A DNA stretch of 63,897 bases, counting the filler, from Chiloscyllium plagiosum (taxonomy: Eukaryota): assembly GCF_004010195.1 (NCBI RefSeq). It is 6 parts of one record of this genome, joined end to end, with 100 filler letters (N's around TTAATTAATTAA, not from the genome) between each part and the next. Parts side by side here need not be neighbours in the genome. Positions count along the whole stretch, not along the records: positions 1 to 12,960 come from NC_057712.1; 5 more parts are not named here. One strand, given 5' to 3'. This document shows positions 1-13,060 of this stretch, piece by piece. The notes below the pieces were generated by a model. That model saw only the letters and a list, made by a program, of their open reading frames with translations, made no database searches and was not told the origin of the DNA. Position 1 is the first letter of the stretch. Each line of letters opens with the position of its first letter. The position numbers were made by a program, and so were the translations under genes.

Positions 1-1745
1 ATCTTCCTCGACAATGGAAGCTTCTGTAGCTGTGATACCCTCTCTGATTAGTAGTGCTGCACACCCTCCTCTTTTTCCCCCCTCCCCATTCTTTTTAAAT
101 GCTCTAAACCCTGGAACATCCAGCAACCATTCCTGCCCCTGAGAAACCCATGTCTCTGTTATGGCCACAACATCATAGCACCAGGTACTGATCCATGCTC
201 TAAGTTCGTCACTTTTATTCCTGATACTCCTTGCGTTAAAGCAAACACACTTTAACTGATACCTTGGTTCCTTGCCAGGAAAATCCTTCCCACTAGCTGG
301 TCTACCTCTTGCTACTGCCTCATCTGCATCAACTCTCATCTCCGGAATACAGATCAGGTTCCCACCCCCCCCGCCATACAAGTTTAAACCCTCTCGAACT
401 ACTCGTGCGAAACTTCCACCCAGGACATTGGTCCCCTTCCAGTTCAGATGCAACCCGTCCTTTTTGTACAGGTCCCACCTTCCCCAGAAAGCATCCCAAT
501 TATCTACATAACTGAAGCCCTCCCTTCTACACCAGCTGCGCAGCCACGTATTAAGCTGCGCCCTCTCCCTGTTCCTCGCCTCACTATCTTAGTAGTAAAC
601 TAGAGAACACTACTCTGTTCGTCCTGCTTTGCAGCTTCCATCCTAACTCCCTGAAATCACTTTTTATATCTTCGATCCTTTTCCTGGCTATATCATTAGT
701 GCCAATATGTAACAGGATTTCTGGCTGTTCGCCCTCCCCTTTTAGAACCTTATACACCCGATCGGAGACGTTCACATGTCTATAGTGCCTTTACCATGGA
801 TCAACCCTAAAGAGGAGAAAGTGAGGTCTGCAGATGCTGGAGATCAAAGTTGAAACTTTATTGCTGGAACAGCACAGCAGGTCAGGCAGCATCCAGGGAA
901 CAGGAGATTCGCGTTTCGGGCACAGGCCCTTCTTCAGGGCCTGTGCCCGAAACGTCGAATCTCCTGTTCCCTGGATGCTGCCTGACCTGCTGTGCTGTTC
1001 CAGCAATAAAGTTTCAACATCAACCCTAAAGAGGTGACTGCTCCCTTGCTGTTCCTAATTCCCACCCATACTGACTCAGTAGGCACCAGGGAGGCAACAT
1101 ACCTTCCGGGAATCCCGATCCTGACCACAAAATCCGTAGTTCATCCAGCTCCAGCTCCAATTCCCCAAGGAGCTGGAGTTGGGTGCACTTCCCACCGACG
1201 TAGCCAGTGGAGACGTGTGCCATGTCTCCCACCTGCCACATTCTCAGGAGGAGCAAGCAACTGCCCTAGCATCCATACCCGACTTATCTAAACACCCACT
1301 CAGTACTAAAGTAGAAAGCTTAGTTCAAGTTACTATAAAATTAAGAACAAACTTATATTCAATAGAGGAAGTTTAGAATGAATGTTACCTTATTAACTAG
1401 GTTAGAGGAGGAGGGCGGGTGGGAGACTCTACTACTGCAGGCTTAGTCGCCTTGCTGATATATATGGTCACTGCTTTCCTTCCCGACTGCCCCTCTCGTC
1501 CTCGTCACTTCACCCGCTGCTCCCGCTCCTTCTGTGAAAGGGAAAACACCACTGTCCGCTACCGGTAAGTAATTTTTTTTAAAGACTGCCTTACCTTAGC
1601 TGCAGTCTTCCGGATTCGTCTTATCTCCGCTGCTGCTCGCACTCAAAATGGCCGTTGGCGTCGAAGGGTGAGTATTTATACTCACTGCTTTTCTTCCCGG
1701 CTGCCCCTCTGGTCCTCGTTTCTGCCCCATCTCCTGCGGCTCCAC
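1..1745 (-). mobile_element. CR1 LINE 5' portion: 5' UTR, ORF1 esterase remnant and start of the ORF2 endonuclease; interrupted by a PLE mini-insert at 816-1018
   Basis: ORF 584..775 (RVYKVLKGEGEQPEILLHIGTND) is an SGNH/GDSL esterase motif typical of CR1 ORF1. Positions 1-250 on the minus strand resemble the APE endonuclease N-terminus. Confidence 0.8.
816..1018. mobile_element. Palindromic PLE-terminus mini-insertion with a hammerhead core
   Basis: Inverted arms 849-930 and 936-1018. The 16-bp direct repeat atcaaccctaaagagg lies at 800-815 and 1019-1034. Minus-strand CTGAAGA-A-GGGC-ctgt-GCCC-GAAAC at 913-937. Confidence 0.85.
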
Positions 1746-1749
1746 ACAG

Positions 1750-2170
1750 AGGCTGCCTTGCTAATCTTTGAGGGGGCCTATTCTCTACCTAGTTACCCTT
1801 TTGTCCTTAGTGTATTTGTAAAAACCCTTTGGATTCTCCTTAACTCTATTTGCCAAAGCTATCTCATGTCCCTTTTTTGCCCTCCTGATTTCCTTCTTAA
1901 GTATACTCCTACTGCCTTTATACTCTTCTAAGGATTCGCTCGATCTATCCTGTCTATACCTGACATATGCTTCCTTCTTGTTCTTAACCAAACCCTCAAC
2001 TTCTTTAGTCATTCAGCATTCCCTATACCTACCAACCTTTCCTTTCACCCCAACAAGCATATACTGTCTCTGGTGGGCTCTTGTTATCTCTTTTCTGAAG
2101 GCTTCCCATTTTTCAACCATCCCTTTACCTGCGAACATCTGCCCCCAATCGGCTATTGCAAGTTTCAGTT
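1750..2170 (-). mobile_element. CR1 ORF2 internal fragment
   Basis: ORF 1785..2012 (LKKEIRRAKKGHEIALANRVKENPKGFYKY) matches the same region of ORF 54947..56275. Confidence 0.85.
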
Positions 2171-2544
2171 AAAGTGACAACTCTGGTTGCTGGAAAATGT
2201 GAGGTGGTAGAGCACAGGATAACACCAAGTTTACTATATTGACCAGAAACTGAAGAGGACCAGCCTCATAAACACAAATACTGAGGCTACAAGAGCAGGC
2301 TAGAGGGTGGGAATTCTGCAGCGAGTAACTCACCCACTGGCCCGCCAAGTCTGTCCACCATGTACAAGATACATGTTTGTGATATATTATGCTTCAGGTG
2401 CTTCGAGTGCAGTTCCAACAGCACACAAGAAACTTGACATCCCCTTACTAGTGAAAAACCTATCTATGTCTATCTTAAATATACTCAATGACTTGGCCTT
2501 CAAAGTCCTCTGCAGCAATGAGTTCCACAGATTAACCATCCTTT

Positions 2545-3848
2545 AGAACATAGAACCATTCAGTGCAGAACAGGCCCTTCGGCCCTCGATGTTGCGCTGA
2601 CCTGTGAACTATTCTAAGCTCATCCCTCTACACTATCCCATCATCATCCATGTGCTTATCCAAGGATTGTTTAAATCACCCCAATGTGGCCAAGTTAACT
2701 ACATTGGCAGGTCGGGCATTCCATGCCCTTACCACTCTCTGAGTAAAGAACCTGCCTCTGACATCTGTCTTAACTACAAATTGAGGGGTCATAGATTTAT
2801 GCCCCCTCATACGAGCTGACGTTATCATCCTAGAAAAAAGACTTTCGGTGTCTATCCTATCTAATCCTCTGATCATCTTGTATGTCTCTATCAAATTCCC
2901 TCTTAACCTTCTTCTTTCCAATGAGGACAGGCCAGGTCTCTCAGCCTTTCCTCGTAAGACCTTCCCTCCAGATCAGGCGACATCCTGGTAAATCTCCTCT
3001 GCAACTTTTCCAATGCTTCCACATCCTTCCTGTAATGGGGTGACCAGAACTGTGCACAATATTCCAAGTGCGGCTGCATTAGCATTTTGTATAGTTGCAG
3101 CATGACATTATGGCTCTGGTACTCATTCCCTCTACCAATGAAACCTAACACACCGTATGCCTTCTTAAAAGCACTATCAACCTGGGTGCCAACTTTCCGG
3201 GATCTATATACATAGACTCCAAAATCTCTCTACACATCCACACTCCCAAGAACCTTTCCATTGACCCAGTACTCTGCCTTCCTGTTATTCTTCCCAAAGT
3301 GAATCACCTCACATTTAGCTGCATTGAACTCCATTTGCCAGCTCTCAGCTCAATTCTGCAGATTATCCAAGTCCCTCGCAACCTGTAACATTCTTCCACA
3401 CTGTCCTTTACTCCACCGACTTTAGTGTCATCTGCAAATTTACTAACCCTAGTTAGTAAATGCCTGTGTCTAAGTCATTTCTAAAAATGACAACCAGCAG
3501 TGGTCCCAAAACAGATCGTTGTGGCACACCACTAGTAACCGGACTCTAGATTGAATATTTTCTATCAACTGCCACTCGCAGCCTTCTTTCAGAAAGCCAG
3601 TTTCTAATCCAAACTGCTAAATCCTCTTCAATCCCATGCCTCTGCATTTTTTCCAACAGCCTAATATGTGCAACCTTATCAAAGGCTGAACTGAAGTCCA
3701 TGTACACCACGTCAACTGCCCGACCCTCATCTACATGCTTGGTCACCTTCTCTAAAAACTCAATAAGGTTTGTGATACACGACCTGCCCTTGATGAAACC
3801 ATGTTGACTATCTACAATCAAATTGTTGCTTGCTAGATGGCTGAATAA
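2545..3848 (-). mobile_element. CR1 LINE 3' part (RT, C-terminus, 3' UTR, ttcta tail), nested in an older CR1
   Basis: ORFs 3546..3860 (SQHGF..GRSCITNL; VDVVYMDFS), 2903..3151 (PHLEYCAQFWSPHYRKD) and 2676..2921. The tail tagaacatagaac is at 2545. Confidence 0.9.
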
Positions 3849-3849
3849 A

Positions 3850-6800
3850 TTCCTCATCATCTCGGTTCTTCATTTTGAAGCTGTTCTGTTGGTCCTAGTC
3901 TTTCCTACAAGTGGAAACATCTCCTCCATGTCCACTCTATCCAGGACTCTCAGTATTCTCTAAGTTTCAATCAGATACACGCCCCCTTCTCCAAACTTCT
4001 AAACTCTGTCGCATATGTTGCATGTTGACTCTGTCGCAGTCCTTAACTGCACCTCATTCTTGTAAATCCTCCTCGGCACCTCCTCAAATACTAGCACAAC
4101 CTTCCTTTGGGCCCAAACTGCTTCCAATGTTTCAAATGCATTCTGACCAGGGCCTTATGCAGCCTCAGCAATACATTTCTGCTCAAGCCTTCTTGACATG
4201 AGTGCTAATATTGTATTTGCCTTCCTAATTGCCAACTGAGCCTAAATGTTAACCTTAAGACAATCCTGAACTAGTACTTCCAAATCCCTCTGTGCTCAGA
4301 TTTCCAAAGTCTTTCCTCATTTAAAAAATATTCTGCCTGCCAAAGTGCACAACTTCACATTTTCTCAATGTAAATCATCCGCCACTTCTTTGCCCACTGT
4401 CCTCGCCTGTCTAAGTCCTTCTGCAGCCTCTTTGCTTCTTCAACACTACCTGCCCCTTCATCTATCTTTCTGACATCTGCAAACTTAGGAGCAAAGCCCT
4501 CAGTTCCTTTGTCCAGATCATAATGTATTATGTGAATAGTTGTGGTCCCAACATGGAGCCCTGTGGAACCCCACTAGCCAACCTAAAAAAAGACCCCTTT
4601 ATTTCTATTGTCTGCCATCTGCCAGTCAGACAATCCTCTATCAGTGCCAGTACCTTGCCCCTAATACCATGGCTTATATCTTAGCAGCATCCTGTGAGGC
4701 ACCTTGTCAAAGGCCTTCTGGACATCCAAAGAGATCACATCCACTGGCTCTCCTTTGTCTAACTTGCTGGTTACCTTTTCAGAGCATTCCAACAGGTTTG
4801 TCAGGCGTGACCTCCCATTGACAGTGCCATACTGACTCAGCTATTTTTCCAAACACTTCCAAGTACTCCAAAATCTCATGCTTACTAATGGACTCGAAAA
4901 TCTTACCAATGATCAACATCAGATTAAGCAGTCGATAGTTTCCTATCTCCTGCCTGCCCACTTCTTAAACTAGAGTAATACATGAGCCATTTTCCAGTCC
5001 CCGGATCCTCTCTGACTTCAGTGATTCCTGCAAGATCACCACCGATGTCTCTACAATCCCCTCAGCTAACTCCTTCAGGATTCTGGCATCTTGTCCATCT
5101 GGTCCGGGTGATTTATCCACCTTTCAGCTTCCTCAGCACCTTCTCCTTAGTGATAGTCACTCCACTCATGTCTGCCCCTTGACTACCTTGATGTTCTGGT
5201 ATGCTGCTGATATTTTCCACCCTGAGAACCGATGCAAAGTACCCATTGAGTTCATCTGCCATTTCTTTGTTGACCATACTACTTCTCCAAGATCATTTTC
5301 CAGCAGTTTAAGCTTGTCCCTCTCTCACTTTTATTTAGAAAAACTCTTACAACCTTCTTTTATATTTCTATCTAGCCCTTTCTTTCATATTTCAGCTTTT
5401 TCTCCCTTATTGCTTTTTAGTTGCCCTCTACTGGTTTTTAAAACCTTCCCAATTTTCCAGCTTCCTGCTAAACTTCATCATGTTGTATGCTCTCTCATTA
5501 GCCTTTATTTTGTCCCTTACTTCCCTTGTCAGTCATGGTTACATCATCCTTCCTTCAGTATGGTTATTCTTCCTTAAGATGAATTTCTGCTGTGCCTCCT
5601 GAATTACCCTCAGAAACTCCTTTCGTTGTTGCTCCACCATCTTCCCTGCCAGGCTCCTTTTCCAATCAACTCAGGCCAGCTCTTCCCTCATGTCTTTGTA
5701 ATTACCTTTACTCGATAATAATACTGTTACATCAGATTCCAGCTTCTCAAACTGTAGGGTGAATTCTATCATATAATGGTGACTGCCTCCAAGGAATTTA
5801 TTCACCTTAGCTTGTACGAGGGGGCATACTACAAATTGAGGAGTGATAGATTTAAGACAGATGTCAGAGGCAGGTTCTTTAAGCAGAGAATGCTAAGGGC
5901 ATGGAACGCCCTACCTGCCAATGTAGTCAACTCAGCCATATTAGGGAGATTTAAACAATCCTTGGATAAGCACATGGATGATGATTGGATAGTGTAGGGG
6001 GATGAGCTGAAAATAGTTCACAGGTTGGCGCAACATCGAGGCTGAAGGGCTTGTTCTGCGCTGTATTGTTCTATGTTCTTAAGCTCCCTAATCAAGTCTT
6101 CCTCATTACTGAATTCAAAATTGTCTGTTCCCTAGTGGGCTCTATCACCACCTGCTCCAAAAAAAACCATCTCGTAAACATTCCACAAATTCCTTTCCTG
6201 GGATCCACCACTAATCTGATTTTCCCAGGCTGCCTGCGTACTGAAGTCCCCCATGATTATTGCATTAGTGCCTTGCTTGCATGCCTTTTCTATCTTCTAA
6301 TTTATTTTCTTCCCCACATTCTGACTACTGCTAGGAGGCACATACACACCTCCCATGAGGATATGTTTCCTTTATGGTTCCTCAACTCTATACATACAGA
6401 TTGTGTGCCATCCAACTCTATGTCACATGTTGCTATTAATTTGATGTTATTTCTTACAAAGAGGGCAACCCGCCCCCTCTGCCTATCTGCCTGTCTATCT
6501 GCCCTTTCAACAGGACGTGTATCCTTGGATATTTAGTCCCAACCTTGATACCCTTGCAGCCATGTCTCTGTCATACCCACAACATTGTACCTGACCATTT
6601 TCAATCAGTGCAACAAGCTCATTTACCTTGTTTTGTGTACAGTGTGCATTTAAGTACAACAGTACGGCTGCATTGACTGCTCCCCTTCTCATAGTTGTCT
6701 ATTCTCCCTGAAGTTAGATTCCTGACCGCTCTCTGTCTTATTACTTGTTCTGGAAGCTTTAATAAACTCTGCTGAGCCCCCTTCCCAAACCACCTCTAAT

Positions 6801-6900
6801 ATTTTCCATGCAAATGAACCAATCCCCCAACTATTTAGTTCAAAGTTAAACAGCCATAGTTATGTGATTGCAAGAACCCTGTTTCCAGTATGATTCAGGT
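3850..6900 (-). mobile_element. Older, degraded CR1 LINE (ORF2) with an opposite-strand CR1 3' end at about 5810-6080
   Basis: Degenerate motifs GNYRLLNL (ORF 4779..4961) and LYLNAH..NKVNEL (ORF 6507..6692). ORF 5776..5997 carries the CR1 C-terminus DVRGRFF.QR..RAWNALP. Confidence 0.75.
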
Positions 6901-7799
6901 AGAGCCCATTCATCGGAACAGTTCCCTCCTTCCCCAATATGGGTGCCAACAACCCATGAATTCAAACTCGTTTCTCCCACACCAATCTTTGAGCCACGTA
7001 TTTACTTTAATCCAGTCGACCCTGTGCCAGCTAGCTCATGGCTCAGGTAATAATGTGGAGATTATTACCATTTCTGTTTTGCTTTTTAATTTGGCCCCTA
7101 GCTGCTCATTCTCCCTCAGCAGAACCTCTTTCCCCTTTCTGCCTATGACATTGGTATCATTAATGGCTTAGGCACACCTTCAGCTGCAAGTGGTCCTCCC
7201 AGTCGCTCACCATCTTGACTTGGAAACATATTGCTGTTCCTTCAGTATTGCTGAATCACTTGCCTACATCACATGGACTGTAGTTGCTCAAGAAAGTAGC
7301 TGACCGCCACCTTCTCAAGGGATGGACAATAAATGCCTGTTCACCAGTGGTACCCAGATCCTGTGAACAAATAGATTTTTAAATGTTGAGCCTCCACAGC
7401 ATGATGTGTTTGTGGCTGTGTCCTGAGTGTCTTTTCATTCTTTTACTTCAAAATTATAATTTTATTTTTAAAAAAAGCAAATAGTAATGAAATTGCATAA
7501 GAACCAAATCAAAAATTTAAAAGCTGGACATAACTTTAGACCTAGGCAAAAGTGAGAACTGCAAATGCTGGAGATTGCAGTTGAGAGCGTGATGCTGGAA
7601 AAGCACAGCAGGTCAGACATCATCCGAGGAGCAGGAGAATTGACGTTTCGGGCAGTAGACCTGTCAGCCTCTAGAGAGATAATAGATCAGTCAGTGATGT
7701 TAAGTCATACATCCCTCCATATCAAAATTCCCAGTAAACCATTTCACCTTGTCCATTCATTGTCTCCCTCCAAAATCCCCTAGATCCACATTTCTTTTG

Positions 7800-8830
7800 G
7801 TGATCTCAGGCTAAGCCTCACTCTCTGCAACTAGATCCTTGGTTTCCTGATCCACAGGCCACAATCAGTGAAGATTGGGGACAATATTTCATCCTCACCA
7901 ACACACAACACTGGAGCCCCCCAAGCGTGCGTACTCAGCCCCCTGCTGTACTTACTGTATACCCATGACTGCGTCACCAAATACCAGACTAATGCCATTT
8001 ACAATTTCACCGATGGCACCACCATAGTTGGTCGAATCTCAGATGACGATGAAACAGACTATAGGCGGGAGGTGGAAGACCTGGAAAAATGGTGCATTGA
8101 GAACAACCTAGCTCAATGCCGGCAAAACCAAGGAACTCATTATTGACTTTTGGCAGGATGTTACTTTTTCCCCCTACGCATAAACAGCACAGAGGTGGAA
8201 TGAGTGGAGAGTGTCAAGCTCCTGGGAGTGGTCATCAATAACAAGCTTTCTTGGACTGTTCATGTGGACGCACTGGTTACAAAGGCCCAACAACGTCTGT
8301 TCTTCCTCAGGCAGCTGAGAAAATTTGGCATGACAATGAAAACCCTTTGCCAACTTTTATAGGTGCGCCATCGAGAGCATTCTGTCTGGATGTATCACTA
8401 CCTGGTATGGCAACTGTACCATTCAAGATTGGAGACAGTTACAGAGAGTGGTGAACTCAGCCCGGACAATCACAAAGGCCAGCGTCCCATTTATAGAATC
8501 CATCTACCAGGCCCGCTGTCAAGGGAAGGCTGCCAGCATTCTCAAAGATCCGTTCCACCTTTGTTTTCTACAACCTCTACCATTGGGGAGAAGGTACAGA
8601 AGCCTGAACACACGCACCAGCCGGTTTCAAAACAGTTTCTACCTTACTGTTGTTTAGAATACTGAATGGACTCAGAAAACCTTAGCATTCGCCTGTACCT
8701 GTGTTTTTGTTTCTGCCACTGTTTACCTATTATTTGCTTATCTATGCTATTTAACTCTGTGATCTGCCTGTATTGCTCGCAAGACAAGCTTTTCAGTGTG
8801 TCTCGGTACACGTGACAATAAGTTCAATTC
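7800..8830 (+). mobile_element. Rex1/Babar-clade non-LTR retrotransposon, 3' fragment, frameshifted
   Basis: NTGAPQACVLSPLLYLLYTHDC, FTDGTTIVGRISDDDETDYRREV and KAQQRLFFLRQLRKF, plus RTSRFQNSFY near the C-terminus, are Rex1-type RT signatures. Confidence 0.85.
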
Positions 8831-11562
8831 ACTTCTAACAAATTTGCATACTATCCCATTTGGCAAATCCTCATCCCATGACACACACACAGACAACTTA
8901 TCAAGCATGTTTAGGGCCCTTTTTGTTCATTACTTTTGAAAAATTTCAACTTTACTCATCTAAGCTTAGTTATCAAAACAGCCATGAATTGGCAGCTGTA
9001 TCTAATATTTTGAGCAACACTTAGCTTGCATGCTGATATTTTCTTTCTATTATTTTTTAATAAGCTCAGAACCTGGCACTTTAGTAAAATTAAAATACAT
9101 AAAGTTGTTCTGAAATCATGTATGGAAAGTAGCTCAGTTGTTTTATTCAGTGTTCTAATGGCATTTATTTGGATGGTAAAAGTGGACTGTTTCAAATGAG
9201 CGCTAAGATCTGGCAAGTCCAAGAAGAGAAATTTCTACTGGGACTCTGCTGCTAAGCTGCTATAGCTGATTGAACAGTCATGGAAAACATTAGCAGAAGT
9301 AACACAGTGCTACATGCTGCCAATATAACATCACACTAGTGGGATGGCTTGCCTGAAGATAATTCATACCCTAATTATGTACCATTCCCTGACCATTTAC
9401 CTCTTCAGTGTTTTTTTTCTTAACCATTAAGTGAAGACCAAAGGTTGTTGACTGGCTTTCCTGCAAAAACATTGTCACATCACACTTTACATTGCATTAA
9501 CTCAGTTTGATACTTTCATTGTGGTCTTTCATTGTCAGTTAAATGTGAAAGACATTGTGTAAATACAAATCTTTTTCTTTCTTCTTTTATTTGGTTACAT
9601 TTGTGTCGTGGTCATTTCAAATTGGTAGAGACAAAGGAAGCTTTGACCTTACAGTCAAGTGCTAGTTGAAAATCTAAATAACTGATTTAATTTTAATACT
9701 TAGTCCTACCTTCAATGGCTGGTGTTATCTGATATATGCTGCATACATACGCAGTATAGTTTAGCAAGATTCCTTTGTGGTTTTCCAAATATAATCCTGA
9801 CTCCAATTCAAATACACAGCCACGTATGACCTGATGGCAGTAATCTTGTTTTTTTTTGAGGATCGTTGTGATATTATCAGATTGCACAGGTACATACTGC
9901 TCACTACAATAGTCCTTTGTGCAATATTTTAGAAATCCTTTTTCCTCCTTCGTAAAATATATCAGCATCATTGTAAATAGGCTAACATTCTTATTTTAAT
10001 ATACATCTTAGAATTCTTGGATTAGACAGCACAGAAGAAGTTCTTTGATCCATTGTGCTTATAATGGCTGTTTGAAAGAGCTACTCGATTTGTACTAATT
10101 CCTTGTGCTTTCCTTCTGGCCCTTACTTTCTTTTTACCTTTTTCACATATTTCTTGAATTCCTTGTGGAAGTTACTATAGAATCTACATCTCTTTCAGCT
10201 AGTGCATTTTTCCAAAATTGTCCACATTTTCTCCTCTTCCCTGTTGTTTTGATTTTACTATAATTCCATATCATCCACTTTAATGGCATTGGCTCCTGCT
10301 ATATTGTGCTACCATAAGTATCAGACTGCTGGTAGCTGTTCTTTGTTTCAGAATGAGGGGTGGGCAGGTGGAATCCAATTCGAATGCAACATGCCACATC
10401 ACTTAGAACCCCCCCCCCCCCACCCCCGCATATGTACTAGTACATGCCCACACACCTTCCAGCATTGACAGTATCAAAAAAACAAATTCTTGTTTTCTTT
10501 ATTCTCCCTTTTTCAAGGGCCTTTCAAACTAGCTTTAGCACATTTAATTCAGAGACAAAATTCTTAATATGACTGAATATTAGACATTGTGATGCATATG
10601 TATAAAGTTGAAAATCACACAACACCAGGTTATAGTCCACATCCACATCTGGCACCTCCACATCATTTGTATAGAGTGCTATAATAGTTATCATTTTGCA
10701 GTCCGATACCTAGTGACATTTGAGAATTTGTGAGCTCGAGTTTTTCAGCAAAGCATAATTCAGTTTCCTGCTGTCATCTGACAGGAATTTCATTACTTTG
10801 CATGTGCTGTTTAAGCGTATGAAACAGCTATTGAAAATTTTGAGCATTTGAAAAGTATATTTTCACTCCATGTAGGTCACAATCACAAATGAATGTCAAT
10901 GTTGTAAATTCATGAAATGGTATGTCCTCTACATACATCTTACACTGATGATGATACAAAGCCAGAAACCACATTCAACTCTCATATTTGGTGTTCTTTT
11001 GATACTAAATACCATTTGTAACAACCAAAATCTGTGTAGGAGTAGGCAAAGCGAGGGAATCCTGCCTATATGAGCACTGTATCAGATCTGATATGTTATC
11101 TGGGTGTTTTTGTTCTGAGGGTTCTAAGGTGGGGTGCCGTTGCTATTTTAAACAAACATGCTTTGCATCCCATTCAGAATTGCGCTGCTTGCAAAAATAA
11201 AACCCTTAGATCTTCAGTAAAGGGGCAAAAGAAATTCGGAGTTGGCATGGAAAGTCTTTATAAGCAATGCAGAGTTCTGTCGAAGAGTAGAAGGTAGATT
11301 AAAAGATAGCAGTAAGGCAGAGGTGGAATATTTCGTGCTGTCTACAGTGCAGTTTCTGCGTGCAGTGAAAATGCATGTGAAAACTATTTCCTAGACTTGA
11401 GCCCAGCTGAAGTTCTCAGCTTTGCCAAAATGAAGAAGTACTACACAGTTAGAGACCCTTTAGTGGGATGTTTAATTAAGTAGTGTGAGGTGTTTGCTAA
11501 AGATTTCACAACATTATGAAGAGGTACAAGGAATATATCTGGTTCCCCGCTTAACATTTACA

Positions 11563-12070
11563 TAGAACAGTAGAGTACACAACAGGCCCTTTGACCCACC
11601 ATGTTTGTGCAGACCATGGTACCATTCTAATCTAATCCCATCTGCCTGTATTTGGCTCATATACCACTATTCCCTTACTGGCCACATGTCTGTCTAAATG
11701 GCTTTTAAACTTTGCTGTCGTATTCGTTTCTACCAACTTCCCTGGCAGCAAGTTCCAAGCACTTATTACCCTTAGTGTAAAAAAACCCTTTCCTCGCTCA
11801 TCTTCTTTAAACTCTCCCTTGTCACCTTAAACCTATCTCTCATTGTTTTGATATTTCTACCCTGAGAAAAAGACTCTGACTATGCGCCCTATCCATGCCC
11901 CTCATAATTCTATATGCTTTATTTCATATCAAGTTGTCCCTTAGCCTCTGATGCTCTTCTGAAAATAAGAGGTTTGTCCAACCTCTTCTTGCAGCTAATA
12001 CAATACAATCCAGGCAAGCCTCTCCTGCAGCCTCTCCAAAGCCTGTACATCCTATAGTACGGTGACCAAC
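11563..12070 (-). mobile_element. Degraded CR1 3' end
   Basis: A tagaac tail is followed by the CR1 3' UTR (caggcccttt...ccaccatg) and degenerate C-terminal sequence. Confidence 0.75.
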
Positions 12071-12074
12071 ACCA

Positions 12075-12605
12075 CTGAAAATACAAAGCTAGAAAAACTG
12101 AGCAGGTCTGGTAGCATCTTGAGGAGAAATCAGTGTTAATGTTTCAGATGCAGTGACCCTTCTTAAGAACTGATGGGAGCTTGGAAAAAGTTGATTTTTA
12201 TGCGGAAGATAAGGTTGGGAGAGGTCTTAAGGAGTAAACAATAGGTGGAGATAAAGCCCAAACAGAGAGAAGGACAGTTGGACAAACAAAGAAGTGGATA
12301 ACGGTCAGTCTGGGGGAATGAGTAGCTGCTAATGGGGACTGTTAGTGGTTAACAGTGGGTTTTGTGTGTAATAGACCATGTGAGAACCAGGCCTGGTGTG
12401 TGGAATTGGGGGAGAACATGTGGAAGATGTTCAAGCCCTAAAATTGTTGAAGTCAGTATTGAGTCCAGAAGGCTTTACAGTTCCCAAACGGAAAATGAGG
12501 TGTTGTCCTTCCAGCTTGTGCTGACTTTCACTGGAGCACTGCAGCAAGCCTGAGGCAGAGATGCTGGCCAGGAAACATGGTGGTGTGTTGAAGTGGCAGG
12601 CAACT
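12075..12605 (-). mobile_element. Penelope-like element 3' fragment (older subfamily)
   Basis: Terminal motif gcaggtctggtagcatct and a decayed hammerhead near 12140-12170. The GIY-YIG C-terminal region is homologous to 22100-22270. Confidence 0.7.
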
Positions 12606-12606
12606 T

Positions 12607-12960
12607 ACTCCCAGGTGTTATGAGCTAGTGAGGGCAGGAATAGGAGGATAGAGCAGATGAATGCGTGGCTGAGGAGCTGGTGTATGGGAGAAGGATTTAC
12701 ATTTTTGGATCATTGGAATCTCTTTTGGGGTAGAAGTGACTTGTACAAGAAGGACGGATTGCACCTAAGTTGGAAGGGGACGAATATATTGTTAGGGAAA
12801 TTTGCTAGAACTGCTTAGGAGGATTTAAACTAGTAAGGTGGGGGGTGGGACCCAGGGAGATAGTGAGGAAAGAGATCAATCTGAGACTGGTACAGTTGAG
12901 AACAGAAGTGAGTCAAACAGTTAGGGCAGGCAGGGACAAGGTAGGACTGATAAATTAAAC
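12607..12960 (+). mobile_element. CR1 ORF1 esterase C-terminus and ORF1-ORF2 spacer, cut by a gap
   Basis: Translates to NAWLRSWCMGEGFTFLDHWNLFWGRSDLYKKDGLHL, the SGNH block V motif DGLH. Confidence 0.8.
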
Positions 12961-13060
12961 NNNNNNNNNNNNNNNNNNNNNNNNNNNNNNNNNNNNNNNN
13001 NNNNTTAATTAATTAANNNNNNNNNNNNNNNNNNNNNNNNNNNNNNNNNNNNNNNNNNNN
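12961..13060. other. Assembly gap with artificial TTAATTAATTAA linker (also 18756-18855, 47169-47268, 54404-54503, 62604-62703)
   Basis: The same 44N + TTAATTAATTAA + 44N block occurs five times; the 12-mer puts stop codons in all six frames. Confidence 0.97.

Noticed and set aside
9693..9971. 92-aa minus-strand ORF in unique sequence
   Set aside because: No recognisable homology or convincing exon structure, and the length is compatible with chance.
13005..13016. Recurrent TTAATTAATTAA motif (five copies) as a biological repeat
   Set aside because: It is always centred in an identical 100-bp N block, so it is an artificial six-frame-stop contig linker.
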